The notes under the pieces are model-generated. The model did not search any database. It saw only the letters and a list, made by a program, of their open reading frames with translations, and was not told the origin of the DNA. Both the position numbers and the translations under genes were made by a program. A stretch of DNA of 64,000 nucleotides from Thermodesulfobacteriota bacterium (GTDB lineage Bacteria; Desulfobacterota; Desulfarculia; JACQYL01): positions 448,001 to 512,000 of the forward strand of contig CAXXLZ010000001.1 in assembly GCA_963675595.2 (NCBI GenBank), written 5' to 3'. How positions within the stretch are numbered: the stretch's first letter is position 1; the number at the start of each line of letters is the position of its first letter. Shown here in pieces: positions 10,822 through 20,429 of this stretch.

Positions 10822-12351
10822 ATGATTCAATTCACTTCCTTGGTTCCCAGATGGATCGGTGGAACTTCGCTTTCTCTGGTGGTGCTGCGAAGTTTCCTGC
10901 TTCATCACATGCCTCGGTTGAACATCGGCTATGGAACCTATCTGTGCGACGACGATCCGGAGGAAATCCTCGCGGGCGTCTACTCCCCGGATACGCGGGT
11001 CTACGCCTTCTCGGCGTATATGTGGAACCTCGAACTCACCTTGGATCTATGCCGGCGTCTCAAAGACCGAAATCCTCATTGTTTCGCTTTGCTGGGTGGA
11101 CCCACCGCCTCCTTTTCAGCCGACGCAATCCTGTCCTCGAATCCGTGGGTGGACCTCATTGTCAAGGGGGAGGGAGAGCTTCCTCTGCTGGAGTTGATTT
11201 CACGCATGGACCGAGGGGAGGAGGATTTTTCCGACATTCCCAATCTCGCCTACCGCCTGGACGGCCGACGAGTGGACACCCCGGCCATACCCACCATCCT
11301 CAATCTCGAAGACCAGCATTATGCTTTGGACGTCGACATGTTCGCGGGTGTGTCCACGGTTTATTATGAGACTTCCAGAGGATGCGTGTTCAAATGCCGC
11401 TATTGTTCCTGGAACGTCAACCAGTCGGGGATCAAACGTATCCGGCCGTACCCTCTGGAAAAGGTGATGCGCGAGCTGAGGCTGCTTTTCCGGCAGGAGG
11501 GGCTGGAAATGTTGCTGCTCACGGATTCGAATATTCTCCTGGGGGGCGAGCGGACCAAAGCCGTCTTCTCCGAGATCAACGCGCTCAACCAGGGTCGTCG
11601 AAGCAACGGCCTCCCCATGGTCAAGATCAACTTTGAATTCAATCCGGAGCATCTTACGGACGATCTCCTTCCGGAGATCAAGAAACTGCATGTCGAGAAC
11701 TACCCCATAGGTCTTCAAAGCGTGAATAAGGAGGTGCTCACGGAGGCGGGCCGGCCTTTCCACAGGGATAAGTACCTCGATGGGCTGAACAGGCTGCGAG
11801 AGAAGGCTGGGGCCGCCGTTTTGGTGGAGATTATTTACGGGCTGCCCAAAGATACGTTGGAAGGTTTCAGACGAACTCTTGAGTTTGTCCTGTCGGAGTT
11901 GAAAGCGGAGCTTTTTGTTTGTTACCGGTACTCGGTGCTGCCGGGTTCCGAGTTCTGGGATCGGAAGGAGCGTTACGGAATCCGCCATCTGGACGCGCCG
12001 CCCTATACGATCCTGAGTTCGGACTCCTTCCCGGAAGAAGACTTGGAAAAGGCCCAGGAGTTGGTTTATTACCTTCAGATCATTTACCGGGTCTTTCGGA
12101 GCCTGAAAAAGACCGTGGAAAACTCCGTGGAGGGAGACAAGCTGCCGGTGTATGAAGCGATCATACGCCGGTTTTCCGACAAGTATGGCGAGATACTCCG
12201 CCCCAAACTGATCTATGACGACGGTTTTCTGGACGATGTGGCCCGTTTGCGTTCGCGGGAGTTTTCCGAAACCCGTCGCAAGATGCTCTCCGAGGCCAGG
12301 GAGATCGTCAAAGAATATGCAGCCTCCAGGGAGGCTGAACGGAAATCATGA
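10822..12351 (+). CDS. Cobalamin-binding radical SAM protein (3)
   Basis: FSAYMWN, LGGPTAS, GEGE, YETSRGCVFKCRYC, GLQS, GLPKDT, LPGS. Confidence 0.9.
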   Translation: MIQFTSLVPRWIGGTSLSLVVLRSFLLHHMPRLNIGYGTYLCDDDPEEILAGVYSPDTRVYAFSAYMWNLELTLDLCRRLKDRNPHCFALLGGPTASFSADAILSSNPWVDLIVKGEGELPLLELISRMDRGEEDFSDIPNLAYRLDGRRVDTPAIPTILNLEDQHYALDVDMFAGVSTVYYETSRGCVFKCRYCSWNVNQSGIKRIRPYPLEKVMRELRLLFRQEGLEMLLLTDSNILLGGERTKAVFSEINALNQGRRSNGLPMVKINFEFNPEHLTDDLLPEIKKLHVENYPIGLQSVNKEVLTEAGRPFHRDKYLDGLNRLREKAGAAVLVEIIYGLPKDTLEGFRRTLEFVLSELKAELFVCYRYSVLPGSEFWDRKERYGIRHLDAPPYTILSSDSFPEEDLEKAQELVYYLQIIYRVFRSLKKTVENSVEGDKLPVYEAIIRRFSDKYGEILRPKLIYDDGFLDDVARLRSREFSETRRKMLSEAREIVKEYAASREAERKS

Positions 12352-13892
12352 AACCGGTTCTGCTCAACGCGATCATTCCCAAATATTTCGGCAGTACCTC
12401 CATTTCATTGGTGATGCTGAAAAGCTATGCGTTGGACAAGTTTCACAGGGAAGGACGGTACCGGGACCTGGAATTGAGAGTTGCCCGCCATTACTGCGAG
12501 GAGGGCGAAGAAGCCATCTTGGAGCGCATTCTCGCGGACGGCTCCGATTTCCTGGCCTTCGCCGTTTACCCCTGGAATCATGCCCTGGTTCGTAGTCTGG
12601 TATCGCGGATCAAGTCGGTTCGGGAGGAGGCATGGATCGTATTGGGCGGACCCTCGGTCACCTATGACGCCTCGCGAGTGCTTGCAGCATGGGACGGAGC
12701 GGACGTCGTTGTGCGAGGCCCCGGTGAAGAGACTTTTTCCCTGCTTCTGGACCGTCGCCTTTCCGGGCAAGGGATCGAGGGCGTGCCCAACGTGGTCTAC
12801 CGGAACAACGGAGCGGTGCTCGAAGCTCCCGTTGAATTGAATTTTCGTATCGAGGACCAGGAATACGAACTGCTTACCGAGGACCTGGAAGACCTGGATA
12901 TCGTCAACTACGATACTTCCAGGGGGTGCACCTTTCAATGCGGATATTGCGCCTGGAACGTGGACGGCATCGAGCCCAAGGGATTTCGTTTCTACCCAAT
13001 GTCCAAAGTAGGGCGGGACCTGGAAAAGATATTTAAATTGGACGCTCTCGAAAAGCTGCTGCTCAACGATTCGAACATCACGATTCGGGAGGAACGATGC
13101 ATCGAAGTGTTCCGGCTCATTCGGTCCCTTAACGAGCGGCGCCGTTTGGAAGGGAAGAATCAGGTCTTCATTGTGTTGGACCTGAATCCCCAGTACTTCA
13201 CGGATCGGATCATCGACGAGTTGAAGAGGATGCACATCGGGGTTCTGGGATTCGGATTGCAGACCATCGATTCGGAAGTCCTGGATATCGCCCACCGGAA
13301 GTTGGACCTGGAACGATACGTAGGGAATCTCCGCAAGCTGGCGGAGAAAAGCGGCATTCAGATCATCATCGAATTCATCTTCGGCCTTCCCGGCGATACC
13401 ATGGAGAAGTTTCGCAAGAACCTCGAGTTCTTCTTCGAGGAGCTCGATACTTTCAGTTTCATCAGTTTTCGGTTTCTCCTGCTTCCCGGCTCCCCCTTCT
13501 GGCGAGAGAAGGAACACTACGGCATCGTACACTCACCCGAGCCGCCGTATGACGTGCTGTCCACACCCACATTCTCCGCCGAAGAAATGGACTATGCGGA
13601 TTGGCTGTCCTCCTGGTTCGAGATCTTCTTCAGTATTTTCCGAAGCGTGAAGAAGACCGTTGACGCTTCGGCCAAAGAGAATGGTCTGTCACGGGTTGCC
13701 GTTTACGAAGCGTTGTTTGAACGTTTGTCCAAGAACTACGAATGGTTTTTCGATAAAGGGTGGAAGCAGGAGCACACCTACTACTATATCGAGAAGATTC
13801 GCGAACGGGAAAACGCGGCCGTTCGACAGGGGATTTTGGCGGATTCCAGGCGGGTCCTTAAAGATGTTGTAAAGACTCTAAACGTGCGGTAA
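12348..13892 (+). CDS. Cobalamin-binding radical SAM protein (4), paralog of 10822-12351
   Basis: FAVYPWN, LGGPSVT, YDTSRGCTFQCGYC, GLQT, GLPGDT. ATGA overlap with the upstream gene. Confidence 0.9.
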   Translation: MKPVLLNAIIPKYFGSTSISLVMLKSYALDKFHREGRYRDLELRVARHYCEEGEEAILERILADGSDFLAFAVYPWNHALVRSLVSRIKSVREEAWIVLGGPSVTYDASRVLAAWDGADVVVRGPGEETFSLLLDRRLSGQGIEGVPNVVYRNNGAVLEAPVELNFRIEDQEYELLTEDLEDLDIVNYDTSRGCTFQCGYCAWNVDGIEPKGFRFYPMSKVGRDLEKIFKLDALEKLLLNDSNITIREERCIEVFRLIRSLNERRRLEGKNQVFIVLDLNPQYFTDRIIDELKRMHIGVLGFGLQTIDSEVLDIAHRKLDLERYVGNLRKLAEKSGIQIIIEFIFGLPGDTMEKFRKNLEFFFEELDTFSFISFRFLLLPGSPFWREKEHYGIVHSPEPPYDVLSTPTFSAEEMDYADWLSSWFEIFFSIFRSVKKTVDASAKENGLSRVAVYEALFERLSKNYEWFFDKGWKQEHTYYYIEKIRERENAAVRQGILADSRRVLKDVVKTLNVR

Positions 13893-13989
13893 CGACGGCT
13901 GATCGTCGACGGTCCACTGGCGCGGTTCGATCCCTGAAGGATCGAAATCCGGATCGTACGGTGCCGACACTCATTCGGGAGAGAGGAAC

Positions 13990-14397
13990 TTGGAAGTCAG
14001 GTCAAGAGAGGAAATTCTCGAAGAACTCAAGCTGATCATCGCGGAGATTACCGGTTACGATCCCGAGGAACTCCATGAAGAAGATTCTCTCAGCGAGGAC
14101 ATCGGCATTGAGTCTTTTGATATTGTGGACATCAACTTTCGGGTGGAGGAAACGTTCGGGGTCGAAATGGGGGACAAGGTATTTTGGAATTTCCGAGACT
14201 TGTTCGGAGACCCCGATCTCATAGACGAAAACAACAATCTGACCTTGGCGGGAATCCAAGAGGTGAAGCGGCGTGTGCCCAATCTGGATCCCGATGGGAC
14301 TTTAGAAAATCGGGGAACGGTCAATTTCTCGGATATGTTGGCTCAAGTGAAGGTGCGGCATTTCGTCGATTTCCTCGAACAGAGTCAACGCGGGTGA
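13990..14397 (+). CDS. Extended (135 aa) acidic acyl carrier protein
   Basis: Phosphopantetheine motif variant IGIESFDIVDINFRVEETFGV, plus a ~50-aa insertion before the last helix. TTG start with GAGAGG RBS. Confidence 0.8.
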   Translation: MEVRSREEILEELKLIIAEITGYDPEELHEEDSLSEDIGIESFDIVDINFRVEETFGVEMGDKVFWNFRDLFGDPDLIDENNNLTLAGIQEVKRRVPNLDPDGTLENRGTVNFSDMLAQVKVRHFVDFLEQSQRG

Positions 14398-14662
14398 CAA
14401 CTCGAATCCTCATGGGAAAATCACCTTGGGATGGAATTTCCGAGAGCCGGTTCCGGTAGACCTTGCCGGGCAATCAAAGGCGCTCTTATGGAGGCAAAGT
14501 CGTTCATGCGAAGTTTTGGCCAAGAGCGTTGCCCAATGGTGCCCCGACTCTTGTCCGGCTTGAGAGGCTTCACGTCCTTCCCCGCTTTCGGACTCTTATG
14601 GATGGGGCCGGCGGCCGAGCGTGCGCTTCGAGCTCTTCTTTTCGAGGACCTTTCGCGTGCCG

Positions 14663-15793
14663 ATGAAAGCTGAAGACGTTATCCAAGAGGCTCGCGATAC
14701 AGCGGCCTCGCCTTATGCTCGGTTCCGGAAGTCCCTTCCGGAAGGGCGAAAGCCCATGGGCTACGCTTGTCCGTTCATTCCCGAGGAATTGATCCATGCG
14801 GCGGGGATGCTTCCTTTGCGAGTCTATGGCCGAAGCGCCGATTTAGGGGGGGCGGACCGATACCTTCCCAGCCAGTGCTGCGAGGTCGCCCGCGCCATGG
14901 TAAGTTCCGTCGCCGGGGGAGAACTTCGGTTTTTGGAAAGCATGGTCTTCGGCTTCTGTTGCGACACCATACGGGCCGCGGCCGGGACCTTGCAGGCCCG
15001 ACCTGGATTTGAGACGTTCTTTCTCAATATTCCCACAAGACTCAACGGTCCGGGCGTTCGGGACTATCTGGTGCGTGAGATTGCGGCGTTTGGGACGAGT
15101 ATGGCGGTCCGGCTGGACTTGAAGCCGGATCCCGAAAAACTCCGATCCTCGATATGCGTCTACCGGGAAAACGACGCTCTGCTCCATCAACTCCGGCGGC
15201 TGAGGTTGGAGAAGCCCCGCGCCCTTTCCGGATCCGACTATGTCGCTCTGACGGTTATGGGACAGGTGATGCCGAAAGAGGAGCACAACGAAAGGCTGAG
15301 CGTGCTTTTGGAGGCGTTCCGTTCCGGCAAGGAGTTCAACGAAACCGGAGGCGGAAAACGCGTTTTGGTTGCGGGCCTGCTCAACGGCAATGTGGAATAC
15401 CTGAGGCGTCTCGAGTCCCTGGGCCTGGATATTGTGGACGACGATTTGTGTGAAGCGTCCAGGAGTCTCGCAGAGGAAACGCCTGCCGAAACGGATCCTT
15501 TGTATTCCGTGGCGGATCGGATCCTCTCCAGATACTGCCCCGTGAAAATCAAGGACGGCCTGGATTCGGCGACCCTATGGGCTGAAAAGTGCTCGCGCAG
15601 CGGGGCGGAGGCCGTGGTCGTGTTCCTTTTCCGCTTTTGCGATCCCCAATATATGGAATATGCCACGGGCAAACCGGGATTGAAGGAACGAGGCATTCCC
15701 TGCGCCGTCGTGGAGGTGGGGCTGGACGGAATGGGCGGCGGCCAGGCGGATACCCGTCTGGAGGCATTCATTGAAAGCCTCGGAAGCCAATGA
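14663..15793 (+). CDS. 2-hydroxyacyl-CoA dehydratase subunit (HgdB/FldC/BcrC-like)
   Basis: GYACPFIPEELIHAAGMLPLR, Cys ligand motifs (SQCC, FCCD, FCDP) and C-terminal TRLEAFIESL. Start chosen at ATG 14663. Confidence 0.88.
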   Translation: MKAEDVIQEARDTAASPYARFRKSLPEGRKPMGYACPFIPEELIHAAGMLPLRVYGRSADLGGADRYLPSQCCEVARAMVSSVAGGELRFLESMVFGFCCDTIRAAAGTLQARPGFETFFLNIPTRLNGPGVRDYLVREIAAFGTSMAVRLDLKPDPEKLRSSICVYRENDALLHQLRRLRLEKPRALSGSDYVALTVMGQVMPKEEHNERLSVLLEAFRSGKEFNETGGGKRVLVAGLLNGNVEYLRRLESLGLDIVDDDLCEASRSLAEETPAETDPLYSVADRILSRYCPVKIKDGLDSATLWAEKCSRSGAEAVVVFLFRFCDPQYMEYATGKPGLKERGIPCAVVEVGLDGMGGGQADTRLEAFIESLGSQ

Positions 15794-15955
15794 TCATTCG
15801 GATGAAAGTATTCCAAAGCCGGCGGTGGTTTTCTTGGGACGTTTGCCGGTGCGGCGGGGTTTCAGCCAGGCCGGCGCCGCGAGAGACCGGTCCGGGGGGT
15901 CGGTAGGGCATCCGCGTGGAACCATCGGCAAATTGTTGGTCACTGAAATGGGCTT

Positions 15956-17296
15956 TTGGTGACCGGAGAATTGGAAAAAGTGGCGGCAGGTAATAAGCGA
16001 CAACGAAAAGAGCCGGGCAAAAGGGTGCCGCAAGCTCCTCTATTCCTTCTCAACGACCTGTTCACCCGGTACTATCGAACTTTGAAGAAGGCGGACGCCA
16101 ACGGCCGTCTTGTGGCTTGGAGCGCCTTGGGTTTCCCCAAACACGTGCTTTTCGCCCTGGGCATGATTCCGGTGTATCCTCAATTTCATGTGGCGTTTCA
16201 GTCGTCCAGGGGGCTCACCGGCCGGATCATCCGAGACGTCGAGGGAAGGTACGAGATTCCCCACGACATCTGCGGTGAGGTCAAATCCATGATCGGCACG
16301 ATCCTCAACGGGGAAAAGCTGGCATTCAAACTTCCCGAACCCGACCTCATCGCGTCCTGCAACAGCACGTGCGGCGCGACGGCCAAGGGCTTTCAGTTTC
16401 TACGAAAGCATCTGGGAATCCCGCTCTATTTCTGTGACTATCCGTGCGTTACCGACTCGACACCGGGAGCCCACTCCCTCCGGTACGTTCGGGACCAGAT
16501 CGACGCCTTCGTCCTTTCCGCGGAGGAGGCCCACGGAGTCCGATTGGATCGGAAGAAGTATCGTCGGATTCTCTCGCAGGATTTCATGGCCCTGGAAATC
16601 TGGACGGAAATCGTGAAACTGTGCGCCCGCAAGCCCGCTCCCGTGGACGCCATGGACCTGTATTTCTTCATCCTGCCGTTTTTTATCATGGAATTCGAAA
16701 ACGACGACTTTCTCGACCTCTTGATCCGGTTGTACAACGACCTGTACCGCAGGTGCGAGGAAAGCTCCGGAGAGTCGACGGGGAAGGAAATTCGGCTTCT
16801 CTGGGACCTCCTCCCCGTTTACCACAAGACCGGTTTCTTCAAGAAAGCGTTCGCCGAGCATGACGCTTCGGTGGTCATGTCCACGTATCTCACGGGGGCC
16901 CTGGCCTACCCGGACGGTTTCGAGCCGAAATACGGTTTTCCTCTGAAGAAGGAAGCCGTGGCATCAACCCTTCAGGCAATTCCGGATGAAGAGATTGCGG
17001 ACCGACTGAACTATTCCCTGGTCCATGACGGCAAACTTCCTCTGGAATTTCGAAAGCATAAGATTCGGCGGATGATTTCCGACTTCGCCATCGACGGGGT
17101 GGTGATGCATATGGATCGAAGTTGCCGGCCGGTGTCCCTTCCCCAGTTCGAGCTGTGTCGGTATGTCGAGGAAGACCTGGGAGTTCCCGTATTGCTCTTC
17201 GACGCCGACAGTATGGACGAACGTTATTTTGCGGGAAACCAGGTGCTCACAAGGATCGAAGCCTTCATGGAGCGACTGGCGGTGAGGAAGGAGTGA
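15956..17296 (+). CDS. 2-hydroxyacyl-CoA dehydratase subunit (HgdA/FldB/BcrB-like)
   Basis: DICGEVK, LPEPDL..CNSTC, IDGVVMH..RSCRP, DSMDERYF, TRIEAFME. Start uncertain. Confidence 0.88.
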   Translation: MVTGELEKVAAGNKRQRKEPGKRVPQAPLFLLNDLFTRYYRTLKKADANGRLVAWSALGFPKHVLFALGMIPVYPQFHVAFQSSRGLTGRIIRDVEGRYEIPHDICGEVKSMIGTILNGEKLAFKLPEPDLIASCNSTCGATAKGFQFLRKHLGIPLYFCDYPCVTDSTPGAHSLRYVRDQIDAFVLSAEEAHGVRLDRKKYRRILSQDFMALEIWTEIVKLCARKPAPVDAMDLYFFILPFFIMEFENDDFLDLLIRLYNDLYRRCEESSGESTGKEIRLLWDLLPVYHKTGFFKKAFAEHDASVVMSTYLTGALAYPDGFEPKYGFPLKKEAVASTLQAIPDEEIADRLNYSLVHDGKLPLEFRKHKIRRMISDFAIDGVVMHMDRSCRPVSLPQFELCRYVEEDLGVPVLLFDADSMDERYFAGNQVLTRIEAFMERLAVRKE

Positions 17297-17357
17297 ACCC
17301 GCTTAGAGGCACACGTTCGTCGCGAACCGTTTTCCGTTGTGTCGGCAAGGGGTTGTG

Positions 17358-18725
17358 ATGAGAATGCTTTGCATCTGCCCCGGGGTTTCCCGGGCGTACA
17401 TGGCCCATGTGCGTTCCATCGCCCGAAGGGGTTGGGATCATGCGGCGTTCTTAGAGAGGGACGTAAAGCGCCACGGCCGGCATGTGAAGCGTGTGTTTTA
17501 CGGTCTGGGCCTGCTCACGCTGGTTTCTTCTCTTCCCCAAGGAACCGATGTCGTCTTCGTGGACGAGAACCTGGAAAAGGGTCCTTTGGAGACGATTTAC
17601 AGGGAGGACTACGATCTCGTGGCTCTCACGGGACAAGTGATTCAGGCGGAACGAACGCTGGAGCTGGCGGCTCGGTTTGTTGAGCGAAACATCCCCGTGG
17701 TGGTGGGAGGCGTGCACGCCTCCGTCTTCCCGGAGGATTACGAGGCGTTGGGCGTATCCGTGGTGTGCGGGGAGGGGGAAGGCCTGTTCCAGGAATATCT
17801 GGCTGATCTGGAACGGGGTGAAACACGTTCCGTCTATCGAAAGGACCCCAAGGACTGCGTCGACCTGTCCACGATTCCGGATCCCGTGTTTTCCCATGTC
17901 TCCGGGAACCGCTACAGTTTGATGGGGGTGCAGACCACGCGCGGATGTCCTTACCGGTGTCGCTACTGCAATGTCTCCGCCATGCTGGGGGATCGCTATA
18001 GGCATCGACCGGTGGAGCGGGTTCGACAAGAAGTCGTTGAAGTCAAACGGCGATGGCCGGACGCCATGTTCTACTTCTTCGACGACAACCTTTTCGCAGA
18101 TACGGAATATGCGCTCGAATTGTTCGAATCTCTGGCGGACCTGGATCTGGGAATCTGGGGGACTCACGCGGACGTTTCCATTGCGGAGAACAAGGAGTTG
18201 CTTCGTCTGCTGACACGAAACGGCAGACCTTTCCTGGCTATTGGATTCGAAACGCTTTCGGAGACCAACGCCAAGGCTCTGGGGAATCCGGTCAAGGCCG
18301 GAGCGGTAAACGACTTGGGCCGTCGTGTGGACAAGCTACGAAACGCGGGAATCGACGTGGGGGGGTCCTTCATGTTCGGGTTTCCGGGAGACACGGCGCG
18401 TGAGCTGGAACGGATCGTGAGTTTTGTTCAAGAACACGGGATTCGAGGCTATATTACCCGATACTCGGCCATACCGGGTTCCGCCATGTATGAGGATCTG
18501 GTCCGGGAAATCGAGGATGTCCGGGGACCCATTCCGGTTCACGGCACCGAGCGGGCCCGGCTGGTCAATGAGTACCTCGGAGAAACCGTGTCCGATCAGC
18601 GAACGGACTCGGAAGGCATGATCGTCGATGCCTTGAAAGCGGCCTACGCCAAAGAACTCCCTCTCTCCCAGATCGACGCCCTGGCGGTGTATCGGTGCTT
18701 CTTCGAATCTCCGGGTCATGGCTAA
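17358..18725 (+). CDS. Cobalamin-binding radical SAM protein (5), paralog of 3866-5221
   Basis: LGLLTL, VDENL, VVVGGVHAS, QTTRGCPYRCRYC, FFDDNLFAD, IGFET, SFMFGFPGD. Confidence 0.9.
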   Translation: MRMLCICPGVSRAYMAHVRSIARRGWDHAAFLERDVKRHGRHVKRVFYGLGLLTLVSSLPQGTDVVFVDENLEKGPLETIYREDYDLVALTGQVIQAERTLELAARFVERNIPVVVGGVHASVFPEDYEALGVSVVCGEGEGLFQEYLADLERGETRSVYRKDPKDCVDLSTIPDPVFSHVSGNRYSLMGVQTTRGCPYRCRYCNVSAMLGDRYRHRPVERVRQEVVEVKRRWPDAMFYFFDDNLFADTEYALELFESLADLDLGIWGTHADVSIAENKELLRLLTRNGRPFLAIGFETLSETNAKALGNPVKAGAVNDLGRRVDKLRNAGIDVGGSFMFGFPGDTARELERIVSFVQEHGIRGYITRYSAIPGSAMYEDLVREIEDVRGPIPVHGTERARLVNEYLGETVSDQRTDSEGMIVDALKAAYAKELPLSQIDALAVYRCFFESPGHG

Positions 18726-19422
18726 AAAACGAGAGTTGGACGCCGAGGTCCTTTCGGCGCTGAGACAGGAGGTCCCGGTCTTTCTGCCCCGGGGGACGGG
18801 GCTGGGGGTGATCCATTCGGCGAACCTGGGAAACTTCGTTCTCGACCCTTTGGAGGCCGACTGCCTGAGCAGGCAGGCCGGTGAGAAGCGAAGAACGGAA
18901 TTCGCCCTGGGAAGGGCTGCGGCTCACGAGGCCCTGAGCCGGATCGGACTCGACAGTGGGCCGGTTCTCAAAGGGAAACGTGGAGAGCCGCTGTGGCCGG
19001 GTAACGTGACGGGCTCCATCAGCCATAAGGGAGGGGCGGCCGTGGCCTTGGCCGGGTCTCGAAACCGGTTCCGTTGGCTGGGCATCGACCTGGAAAGCGA
19101 TTTGGATCCCATTTCTCCGGGCATCGCCCGCCGTATTTGTACTTCCGTCGAGGGATCATGGCTGTACTCCCGCCCCCAGTTGGTTTCGCGGCGTATCCGA
19201 ATGGTTTTCTCCGCCAAGGAATCCGTGTTCAAGGCGGTGAACCAGGCAGGCGGCGTGTTTCTGGGGTTTCAGGATATGGAGCTGTCATGGTCGGGAGACG
19301 AGAGCTGTTTCGAGGCCCGGCTTTCCGAGAGAAAATCGGCAAAGGGGGGGATACCTCGAACCATGGCGGGCCGTTGTTTCCGAAGGCCGGGGGTCATCAT
19401 GACTTTTTTGGCGGTGTCCTGA
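18718..19422 (+). CDS. 4'-phosphopantetheinyl transferase (EntD/Sfp type)
   Basis: KRRTEFALGRAAA, GEPLWP, GSISHK, LGIDLE, FSAKESVFKA. Confidence 0.92.
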   Translation: MAKKRELDAEVLSALRQEVPVFLPRGTGLGVIHSANLGNFVLDPLEADCLSRQAGEKRRTEFALGRAAAHEALSRIGLDSGPVLKGKRGEPLWPGNVTGSISHKGGAAVALAGSRNRFRWLGIDLESDLDPISPGIARRICTSVEGSWLYSRPQLVSRRIRMVFSAKESVFKAVNQAGGVFLGFQDMELSWSGDESCFEARLSERKSAKGGIPRTMAGRCFRRPGVIMTFLAVS

Positions 19423-19426
19423 ACTC

Positions 19427-20416
19427 GTGGAGATTCGACCCTTTCAAGGCCAATACGAAGAGTTGGCCGATCTCATCGCCCGTGCCTGGCCCTTGGAACA
19501 CAAAGGACACGCGGGGTTTTCCGCCGAATATCTGCGCTTTCTCCTAAGTGCTCCGGACGTGGATCGGGAGCTGACGCTTGCAGCATTCGTCGGAGGACGG
19601 CCGACGGCTTTCCTTTTGTCCAAATCAAAACGGCTGGTGATCGGTGGAGAGCGCCGCCGGGGGCTTTTCCAGACGCTGGCCACTGCGGACCCTCGGCACA
19701 GCCATGAGTTTCCTTATCTGAAAATCAAAGATCGATGCGTCCGCATGGCCCAAGAACGAGGGTATGAACTCAGCTATGGATTCATTGCTCAAGGTATCCG
19801 GAACAATGAAATCGAAAAGAGTTACGCCGCGAGGCGCGGATTCTCCTGTATCCTCGCGGCCGCCTTCGGCTGGTTCGCGGGGCTGCCGGACGATGCAACC
19901 GGAACGGGAAAGGACGCGGTTCTCGAAATCAGGGAGCCCGTTCCTCAAGAGCTGACGGACTGCCGTTCCTTGATGGAGGAAGGGATTCGAACCCGGGCCG
20001 TGTTCGAGGAGTGGACTCCCACCGCCTTTGCCTATCGGGCCGTGGGCAACCCCTTCAATCAGCCCCTGCTCGTTCTGAAGGACGGAATCGCCGTGGGGTG
20101 GCTGCTTTACACGAGACTGACCATGCAGTACCCCAGGGTGCGACGAAAGGTGGCCGTGGTCTACGATCTCTTTCTGCAACGGTTGACCGGAACGGAAAGA
20201 ACGTGGGTATTCCGCCGACTCAAGAATCGTTGCGCGGAGGAGGGTATCGAGGGTATCAGCATACCGAATACGGGGTCGCTGCCCAAAGAGGATTTGCGAA
20301 ACGCAGGCTTCCTGGAATCCTCGCTCGGGAGTCATCGAACGAACCTGTACTTCACTTTTTTCGGCGATGACCGTCCCGTGGAATCAGGCTTGTCTTTCTA
20401 CCTGGAAATCATCTGA
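19427..20416 (+). CDS. Putative double-GNAT-fold N-acyltransferase
   Basis: MEIRPF start, a second LEIREP half and LRNAGF. The alternating strand/helix pattern is typical of tandem GNAT folds. No specific family recognised. Confidence 0.55.
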   Translation: MEIRPFQGQYEELADLIARAWPLEHKGHAGFSAEYLRFLLSAPDVDRELTLAAFVGGRPTAFLLSKSKRLVIGGERRRGLFQTLATADPRHSHEFPYLKIKDRCVRMAQERGYELSYGFIAQGIRNNEIEKSYAARRGFSCILAAAFGWFAGLPDDATGTGKDAVLEIREPVPQELTDCRSLMEEGIRTRAVFEEWTPTAFAYRAVGNPFNQPLLVLKDGIAVGWLLYTRLTMQYPRVRRKVAVVYDLFLQRLTGTERTWVFRRLKNRCAEEGIEGISIPNTGSLPKEDLRNAGFLESSLGSHRTNLYFTFFGDDRPVESGLSFYLEII

Positions 20417-20429
20417 ACCGGGGGAATCC

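Noticed and set aside
14516-14533. TTGGC...TTGC as an internal sigma54 promoter
   Set aside because: The GG-GC spacing is 11 nt, not the required 10.
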